Part shown: piece after piece, positions 55,229 through 64,000 of the stretch
Numbering within the stretch: position 1 is the stretch's first letter
Layout: the number at the start of each line of letters is the position of its first letter
Program-made: the position numbers and the translations under genes
Source of the DNA: Octopus vulgaris
Lineage: Eukaryota
NCBI GenBank assembly: GCA_951406725.2
Contig: OX597828.1
Location: 41,664,001-41,728,000, forward strand
Length of the DNA stretch: 64,000 nucleotides
Direction of reading: 5' to 3'
Notes under the pieces: model-generated
Database searches by the model: none
Seen by the model: the letters and a program-made list of their open reading frames with translations, nothing else
Told to the model about the DNA's origin: nothing

Positions 55229-55526
55229 CACCAATATCATCAACTGCATCTCCTGCTCTCTCTGCCATTCTCTATACATCGGGCAAACGGAACGCCGCTT
55301 GGCTGACCGGTTCACGGAACACCTCCGAGACACCCGACTCAGCAATGACACCCCGCTATCGTGCCTTTTCCGCTCTACCGGTCACTCTTTGCAACATCTG
55401 TCCGTGTTCGGGATGTCCTTGCACAGGGGCCATCCTGACTCCTGTTTGTGCCGTGAACAGGGATTAATCTTCTCTCTTCGCTCCTTTGCGCCACATGGGC
55501 TCAACTCTCCTACCCTCTTCATCTAG
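55229..55526 (+). pseudogene. GIY-YIG endonuclease domain of a 5'-truncated Penelope-like element
   Basis: TNIINCISCSLCHSLYIGQTERRLADRFTEH...CREQGLIFSLRSFAPHGLN, with YIG, conserved R, E and GLN motifs. Confidence 0.9.
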
Positions 55527-56357
55527 CCTCCTCCCCTCGCGTCTCTCCCCCTCACACCTACTTCCTCCCACCCACCTCTTCTCTCTTGCTCCGACTCCTA
55601 CTTATTCTCTTCACTCCTACCCACCCTCTCCCTTCCCCCTCTCCCTTCATTGTCACTCCTCCCTCGTAATCCCCCTACACATTCCAATTCCACCTTCTCT
55701 CTCCTTCCCATCTCACCCCACCCCATCCCGTACATCCACTCGCACATATCCCACCTCAACCCCCACCCTCTGCCTACCCACATACCCCACCTCTACCCCA
55801 CCCTCAGCCTAACCCCCCCCCCACCCTCAGCCTAACCCCACCCCTCCCTTGCTTTCCTCAATCTCACCTCCCCCACCTCCCAACACCATCACACCACACC
55901 ACACACCACTACACCATACACCACCATACCACACAACACATCACATCACAATACTACTCACACACCAGCACTGACCACTTCCCAGCCCCACATTTTCACA
56001 CCTACATATACACACACGCTTTCGTGAAGTTCACCAGCCCTCTTCCACACGCACATACATGCTTTCTTATGCACACGCACGCGCACCTTCGTTTCGGGAT
56101 CACCACTACTTTATTATCTCCCCTTCTTACTAGCTCTCCTGTGTGATCCTTCTGTCGGGCATTCGCCATGATAGATCACTAGCCACTACACATTCTTTAT
56201 TTTCTCTCCTTGTTTCTTTCTGTGTTCCTTTCTGTGGAAAAGCGTAGGCTCGAAACGTTAAAGACTTTTTCACTTCCTGAGCGTTATACTAATATATCTG
56301 TTTGTTGTCTACACCACCTTGTCTTCGTCTTTTGTTTTTCTTTGTGAATTCTCCCTA
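55229..56357 (+). mobile_element. Penelope-like element 3' portion (family Z)
   Basis: GIY-YIG fragment, C-rich tract, terminal repeat with hammerhead-like motif at 56228-56263, ends at (TA)n. Confidence 0.82.
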
Positions 56358-56411
56358 TATATATATATACACACACACACACATATAAATAGATATATAG
56401 ATATACATATG

Positions 56412-56576
56412 CGACGGCCTTATTTCAGTTTCTGTCTACCAAATCCACTCACAAAATTTTTGGTCAGCCCAAGGCTATTGTAGAAGCCTCTTGCCTAAGG
56501 TGTCACGCAGTGGGACCGAACCTGGAACCATGTGTTTGGGAAGCAAGTTTCTTACCGCACAGCACACCTGCGCCTA
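56412..56576 (-). mobile_element. SINE family A 5' half
   Basis: Reverse complement of the head. Confidence 0.85.
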
Positions 56577-58116
56577 TACGTGCAGAGAAGAAATACACAC
56601 GCGCGCGCGCATGCACACGCACACACATTTACTTGCGTGAAGTGTGCATGTGCCCAGCTTGCATTTATGCATACAAGTTGTGTGTATGTGTGTGTGTTTG
56701 CGTATGTGCCCGTGTATATCTGTGTGTACATATGTGTTCAGGTGAGTGAATGTGTGTACACCTCAAATTATTCACAAGGCTTCACTTTGTGATAGCGTTA
56801 AAATATTAATCTCCATATCAGATTATATTATTTACTAATTAAAAAAAAGTTAGGATAATCTTTTATCTATTTTTATCTATAACTTCTTTGTAAGCATCAA
56901 CCTTCTTAATTCAGCTATTCTTTCTAGCTTTCTCTCCCTCCCCACTGTCATTCCCCCCTCTATGTATCTGTATTTTGATAACAATTACACTGTTTGACAA
57001 TTTACTTATAAAACAAAGATGTTCCACGCGTGAATGGTTTCCTCTGTTCAGTTTTGTCTCTCCGATGGACATATTTATCTTAATCTCTTCTCATAGTTAA
57101 GCTTTCCTGTCGCTCGGCAGACGCGTCGAAGAAGCTAGAAACAGGATTTAACTAAAGTAACATTCTACAATACTTGATAAGGGACGAACACGTAGATAGA
57201 TGGTGTAGTCTTATATATGTAGTGACATCCTAGAGAAGAACGGCGATGGTTCAGTATTGAAACATCTCTGGTCATATATCTACTCAGCCTGACAGAGGAG
57301 AGAAAGGGAGGAAGCTAGAAAGAATAGCCCACAGCTATAATAGAAGGTGCTATGAAGTAGGACTGAATCGAATCCAACATAGATGGGAAGCAAGCTTCCA
57401 GTGAATAATTACAGTTATAGAGACGGAGGTGTAGAGAAAGTTACCACAGCTTCGTGCCATTAAGGTTGCTTAAAAGGTACTGGATATAATGAACAAGAAA
57501 CATTAATCATATGTCTTGACTTAACTATTCGTTCGTCATGCAGAAGGTGCCACAGTGTAATATCCATCAGTGAAATCTTGTCAAGCTAACCACAGTTATT
57601 TACTCAAACTCTTTTTATCGCTTGGCAACATAGGGTCTGGCAAATATGCGGAAAAATTATGAATCACTGAAGAGGTCTAATAATGCCGAAACATGAACCC
57701 TTACTCAATATCAGATTAATTCGCTACTGATTTCTCACATTCTGTTTCGATTAGTGCAAATATCGAATTTGTTTTCCGTTCTTTTCAGCATCAGAATTTA
57801 TCCTTAAGTCTTTCAATCAGCTTGGCTCGAAGCAAAGCTGGTTGAAAGACGCTAAACGAAGCCGCACAGAAAATTATGCCCGATTGCATATGCAACAGTT
57901 CATACTCTGTGCAGCAGAGACACGTGTAGGTCGCCGTAGCCATAAAAAATATGCTGTATGACAAACTGTAGAATAAATGGAAAGGAATTTTCAGGATGTA
58001 CCAGTCTCTTTATTTCTCTATCATTAGGATTATCAGAATGACCGCTATTTTACAGGAACGTAAACACATTAACACCAGTTGTCAAACGGTGGTGAGGGAC
58101 AAACACATATGCAAAG

Positions 58117-58454
58117 TGGAAGCACTCCGTCGGCTACGACGACGAGGGTTCCGGTTGATCCGAGCACTCCACAGACACGTGTACCCTTAACGCAGTTCTC
58201 GGGGATATTCGGCGTGACACAGAGAGTGACAAGGCTGGCCCCTTGAAATGCAGGTACAACAGAAACAGGAAGTAAGAGTGAGAGAAAGTTGTGGTGAAAG
58301 AGTACAGCAGGGATCACCACCATCCCCTGCCGGAGCCTCGTGGAGCTTTTAGGTGTTTTCGCTCAATAAACACTCACAATGCCCGGTCTGAGAATCGAAA
58401 CCGCGATCCTACGACCGCGAGTCTGCTGCCCTAACCACTGGGCCATTGCGCCTC
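58117..58454 (-). mobile_element. SINE family B (internal deletion) nested in an older family A-like copy
   Basis: 13-bp TSD cacatatgcaaag (58104-58116 / 58455-58467). Confidence 0.93.
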
Positions 58455-58953
58455 CACATATGCAAAGACACACACACACACACACACACACACACAAGAA
58501 CTCTCTCACACACACACAAGAACACGCACACACACATGTATACGACTAAACCGGTTGTGAGAACGTTGTCCTCTTTCTCCCTCTTGTTGTCCCATCTTGA
58601 TTTACTCACAAATGACATGGGTGAGATAACTGTCTGCCGGACTATATTTGCTTGGGAGGGAGTACACCTAAATTGTTAGCGAAATCATGGTATGAGAATC
58701 TTGTCAGATTCCCTTGCGAGTGACGACTAGTTTAGCTTTACACACACACACATACGCACGCACAAACACACGCACAAACACACGCACATGTCGTACAATG
58801 AGAATGAGTGCTCAATACCGCATTCGTGGATAGAATGTTGACCACTCATTCTCATCGTTTGGCATTTACGTATTCATACTTTCGGCGTTTCCAAACACCG
58901 GACAAACACTAAACCTGAACAGATAATCAAAACAAACCATGGAAAAACAAGAA

Positions 58954-59057
<104 letters not shown>

Positions 59058-59094
59058 GTACATGTGTGTGCGTTGAACCGCTGAACTCTACAAG

Positions 59095-59258
59095 TATTTT
59101 TTCATTCACTCCGTTTATTTTCTCTTATTCCTTTCTGTTGAGGAGCGTAGGCTCGACACGTCAAAGACTTTTACAGTTTTCCTGAGCGTCAAACTAATAC
59201 ACTTGCTTGTTCTTCATACACCTGTTTTCGTCTTCTGCTTTTCTATAAATTTCAACTA
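59095..59258 (+). mobile_element. PLE family Z terminal repeat with minimal hammerhead (59131-59166)
   Basis: cttt-CTGTTGA-g-gagc-gtag-gctc-GAcAcgTC-aaag; ends at (TA)n. Confidence 0.75.
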
Positions 59259-59294
59259 TATATATATATATATATATACACATACATACATACA

Positions 59295-59387
<93 letters not shown>

Positions 59388-59660
59388 GAATGGAGTCGAA
59401 CGAAGATGTTAACAAAATTCCTTTACTCTCGACACATGTTTCGAAGACACCATATTTTCTGACGTGAATTTGCTACCCAGGTTTCGGTTAAACGAATTTT
59501 CCATGCTGACGATAAACATAGGATAATTCATTCACCTACTTAAATATATATATATATATACATATTTATACATATATATATATATATATATATATATGAA
59601 TATATATATATGTACATATATATATGCATATATATACATATATATATAAATATAGATATG

Positions 59661-59710
<50 letters not shown>

Positions 59711-59849
59711 AATATGTAATACATACATACATATATATATGTATGTATGTACGTATGTATGTAAATATAACTTCCTTAATCATTTCTTGCTTTCGTTCTT
59801 TCGTTCCCTGATCGTAATATTGGCACTAAAATATCTATGAAAACAACAG

Positions 59850-60560
59850 CCACAACATCAGCACCAGCACCACCACCGCCACCATCATCTTCAGCACCAC
59901 CACCATTAACAACATCATCGCTATAACTACAACTTCCACTCCCACTACTACCTCAACACCAGCACCAGCGCGAATGCCAATGCCAAGAACACCACCACCG
60001 TCACCACATCCTCCTCCTCCTCCTCCTCCTCCACTACCACCACCTCTTCGTCCGCCATTTCCACCAACACCACCACCACCACAACCACCACCACCTCCGC
60101 CACCGCCACCTCCACCTTCTCCTCCTCCACTTCCACCAACTGCATCACGACAACCAACACTGCTGCCACAACCACCAGGACTACCACCACCACCTCCACC
60201 AACTGCACCACGACAGCCAATACTACTGCCACAACCACGACCTCGACCACGACCACGACGACCACCACCTCCTCCACCTCCACCAACACCACCACTACCA
60301 CCAACGGCACCACGACAACCAACACAGCTGCCACCCACCACCACCACCACCACCACTACAACCACTACCACCACCATTACCACAACTAAAGCCAGTACCA
60401 GCACCAGCACCAACACAACTGCTACTACCACTCCCACCACCAGCATCAACACTGCTGCCACTACAACCACCACCACCAAAAACTTCACCGCCAGCACCAG
60501 CACCACCAGCACCACCAGCACCACCGTTACCACCACTACCACCACCACCACCACCACCAC
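59850..60560. repeat. Degenerate (CCA)n low-complexity tract
   Basis: Direct reading; three ~40-bp sub-repeats ccaactgca.cacgaca.ccaa.ac. Confidence 0.85.
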
Positions 60561-60797
60561 GATGGCCGTATGCATGCAGTCGGGGTAACTTGTGCTATGT
60601 TTGGTATTGTTAGTTAAAGCTGTAAAATGACTAAAACATATCCAACCCTAACTGGGTGGTCTTTGAACTAGTCGGGTGGTGAAGGGTGGCGGTGGAGGTG
60701 AGAATGGGGGGAAGGTGGGGGTCGAGGTGGGTTTGTTGATGTTTCTATGCATGATGGTATGTTTGTAGGTATACATGTAAACACACACATACATTTG

Positions 60798-60834
<37 letters not shown>

Positions 60835-60874
60835 TGTGTGTGTGTGAGTGTGTGTGTATGTGTATTTATATATC

Positions 60875-61362
60875 TTTTATCTTCAGCGTGTTTCAGTCAT
60901 TGGACGGCAGCCATGCTGGAGCACCACCGCAAGTGGTTTAGTTTGAAGAAAAGGGCATCGGTAATTATTTTGTATAAGTGTGGTTCTTTTACCGAATCGC
61001 TAAGCTGCGTGGACATGACCAAACCAACACCTGCTGTCAAGAAGTAGGTCGGACAAACACAAACACAAAAACCCATATATACATACACCTATACACACAC
61101 AAATATATGCACATACACACACGCGTGAATACACACACATACATGTATTCTTTTACTTTCTTTTACTTGTTTCAGTTATTTGACTGCGGCCATGCTGGAG
61201 CACCGCCCTTAGTCGAACAAATCGACCCCAGGACTTACTCTTTGTAAGCCTAGTACTTATTTTGTCATTCTCTTTCTGCCGAAACACTAAGTTACGAGGA
61301 CGTAGACACACCGATATCGGTTGTCAAGCGATGAAGGGGCGACAAACACGGGCACACACAAA

Positions 61363-61394
<32 letters not shown>

Positions 61395-61580
61395 GACATA
61401 CAGGCAGACAGACACACACACACACACATATATACGACAAGCTTCTTCCAGTTTCCGTCTACCAAATCCACTCACAAGGCTTTGGTCAGCCCGAGGGTAT
61501 AGTAGAAGGCACTTGCCCAAGTTGCCACGCAGTGGGACTGAACCTGGGACCATATGGTAGGGAAGCAAGCTTCTCACCAT
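60875..61580 (-). mobile_element. Two tandem family A SINEs (partial, then near full length)
   Basis: Reverse-complement matches; the second copy spans about 61148-61580. Confidence 0.88.
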
Positions 61581-62915
61581 ACAAACGTTTTTCAGTAAGC
61601 TTATTCTTACATCGGCTGCAGCGTAATGGTACTAACTTGCAGTTAGGGGTTGTACCGAGCTGTGTCGATATAATGTAAGATAAATATAGTAACAGTGATA
61701 ATAATCCATGGATGAATTATAAATATTTTGATGCATCGCTACGTGCGTTTCCACAAATCGCGTGTTTCTTACGATCATAGTCCGTACTACTGAGATAATA
61801 ACAGTAGAGTTCGTGGTGTCCATGGACATCGGGCGGATCACAGTTCATAGTATAAATATACCGACGCACATACCATCACTATCACCCCCACGACCACAAC
61901 CACTACCATCATTACTAGCCCCTCTACTACTTCGATTATCATTTCAGCGACTATCTTGGTGGTGGTGATGGTAGTTCGTACAGGAAGAAGTGGTGGTGGT
62001 AGGTCGTACAGACAGAAGTTGTGAGCGAATGACGTGGTGGTACAACTGTACTTAAAAGTATTGCTGGTGGTGCTGATGATGTTCATCGTGGTGTTATTGG
62101 TGGTGGTGGTGATAGTACAGGTGGTGGTGGTGGTGTTGATGAAGAACGGCTAAAATTGGTGTTGTGTTTCTAATTGCTGTGGTGTCTATAGTAACAGTAG
62201 AAGCAGTAGTAGTAGTGGTGGTAGTGGAGGTGGTTGGTGTTAATGGCGGTGGTGGGTGGTAATGGTTGCGGTTGTGGTGGTTGCAACAATGATGGTGGCG
62301 ATGGTAATGGTGATGATATAATTGAATTTGGTAGGGATGGTCACAATAATGGCGCGAGCGAGTGTCTTTGGTGCTAGTGGTGGAGAAACTGATCACTTGA
62401 TGATAGAGATGAATGAAGTTAATGATGTTAGTGAGACGACGTGATATGTGTGTGTGTGTGTGAGTCCGTGTGTCTGTATAGATGTGTGTATGTGTGCGCG
62501 CGTGTGTGTACAGATGTGTGTGTGCGCGTGTGTTGGTGTGTGTGTGTGCGCGTGTGTTGGTGTGTGTGTGTGCGCGTATGTTTAGATTTATGTGTGTGTG
62601 TGTGGTGTATGTGTGTGCATGTTTGTATAGATGTATATATAGATGTGTGTGCGCGCGCGTGTGTGTATAGATGTGTGTATAGGTGTGTGTCTGCGTGTGT
62701 GCATGAGTGTGTAGATATGTGTGTGGGTGTGTGTGGGTATGTGTGTGGTTGTGTGTGGGGGTAGTAGGCGTGTGTGCGTGTCGTGTATAGATGTGTGCAT
62801 GTGTGTGTATAGATGTATGTATGTGCGCACCTGTGTGTGTGTGTATAGATGTCTGTGCGTGTGTGTGTGTGTATAGATGTATGTGTGTGCGCGTATGTGT
62901 GTGTATAGATGTATG

Positions 62916-63083
62916 TGTGACTGCGGCCATGCTGGAGCACGGCCTTTAGCACGGGACTTATTCTTTGTAAACCCAGTACTTATTCTATCGGTCTCTTTGT
63001 TGCCGAACCGCTAGATAACGGGGACGTAAACACACCAGCATCGGTTGTCAAGCAATGCTAGGGGGACAAACACAGACACACAA

Positions 63084-63120
<37 letters not shown>

Positions 63121-63282
63121 CATATATACGACAGGCTTCTTTCAGTTTCCGTCTACCAAATCCACTCACAAGGCATTGGTCGGCCCGGGGCTATAGCAGA
63201 AGACACTTGTCCAAGATGCCACGAAGTGGGACTGAACCCGGAACCATGTGGCTGGTTAGCAAGCTACTTACCACACAGCCAC
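62916..63282 (-). mobile_element. SINE family A
   Basis: Near-identical reverse complement of 260-650. Confidence 0.92.
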
Positions 63283-63314
63283 TTCTACTTATCCATAATA
63301 CATACATACATGTA

Positions 63315-63400
63315 GTTTGTATTGTAATAGAGGTCAGTTGCCCTGCTGATGTGAATATCGCTTCGAAAACACCAAGGAGAAAATGGATAGCTATGGACAA
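63315..63400 (+). pseudogene. Short RLE-LINE fragment
   Basis: VCIVIEVSCPADVNIASK, same motif as 4095-4170. Confidence 0.55.
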
Positions 63401-63733
63401 AACTGCATCAAAACACCAGCTTTATTTGCTCAAACTTTGGATGCACATTTATAGTAATAATAATTGATGCAGTTGGTTTTGTAAAGTAAACACTTATGTG
63501 ACACTCGGGATGAACCAGAGTTTTCAGAATTAGAAACCAACCAGCTCACTTGCACGTTATAAATATAGTTTGTAAACGGAACAATAAAAATATGCGAAAC
63601 TTTCTTGAAGTTTAAAATGTGAATCTGCTTTTGTTACCTACATTTCAATGGTGGAACAACGTTGTATCTTTGTTAGAAACCTGCTCCTTTCTTACAAGAA
63701 GGCTTCAAATATATTTAAAATTAGGAGAGAACG

Positions 63734-63821
<88 letters not shown>

Positions 63822-63825
<4 letters not shown>

Positions 63826-63953
63826 GGTATGTAGAAAAATACAACATGGACAAGAACGTATAACTCTTAGAAGACGATACAATAAACACGGACAGGACAT
63901 TCGAAACCCTCAGTCTTCAGTCAAGAGCCGGATTATCGTAGTAATTTCGGCTG

Positions 63954-63956
<3 letters not shown>
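63822..63956 (-). mobile_element. Repeat family Y, 5'-truncated, inside (TA)n
   Basis: Minus strand taatcagccGAAAttact...tcttgaCTGAAGActgaggg matches 37443-37583. Confidence 0.75.

Positions 63957-64000
<44 letters not shown>

Noticed and set aside
59385-59545. Further hammerhead-like pieces (ctgacga on plus; ttcgaaacatgtgtc on minus)
   Set aside because: The core halves lie on opposite strands or lack partner stems.
59974-60588. 204-aa Pro/Thr-rich mucin/extensin-like ORF
   Set aside because: Derived from a degenerate (CCA)n tract, open on both strands, with no signal peptide or gene context.
63910-63956. Alternative fold as a conventional type II hammerhead (GAA-ATTA/TAAT-C)
   Set aside because: No stem I can form after the cleavage triplet; the rearranged fold of the 37.4-kb copy explains the conservation better.

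Overview
Eukaryotic, AT-rich, repeat-dominated DNA with no supportable host protein-coding gene, rRNA, true tRNA or CRISPR array. The extreme microsatellite load and the three tRNA-derived SINE families suggest an octopus (cephalopod) intergenic or intronic region; this is an inference from repeat families I recognise. Almost every ORF in the supplied track is a translation of a microsatellite or SINE. Transposon-derived features are: a full-length but dead DD34D mariner (27093-28381), a Chapaev3-like transposase remnant, a non-autonomous Helitron, MITEs, R4/Dong-type and CR1/L2-type LINE fragments, and many Penelope-like element (PLE) remnants, including a GIY-YIG endonuclease fragment. The most notable signal is in two unrelated PLE-like terminal-repeat families. 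Both carry all hammerhead-ribozyme core elements, but in a non-circularly permuted (pseudoknotted) strand order. Copies of one family show compensatory stem changes, and one copy is truncated next to the predicted cleavage site. A third PLE family carries minimal type I hammerheads with an atypical CUGUUGA core. Also present is a 1.4-kb array of about 35 HSE/STAT-like motifs. All alignments, folds and counts were done by eye.
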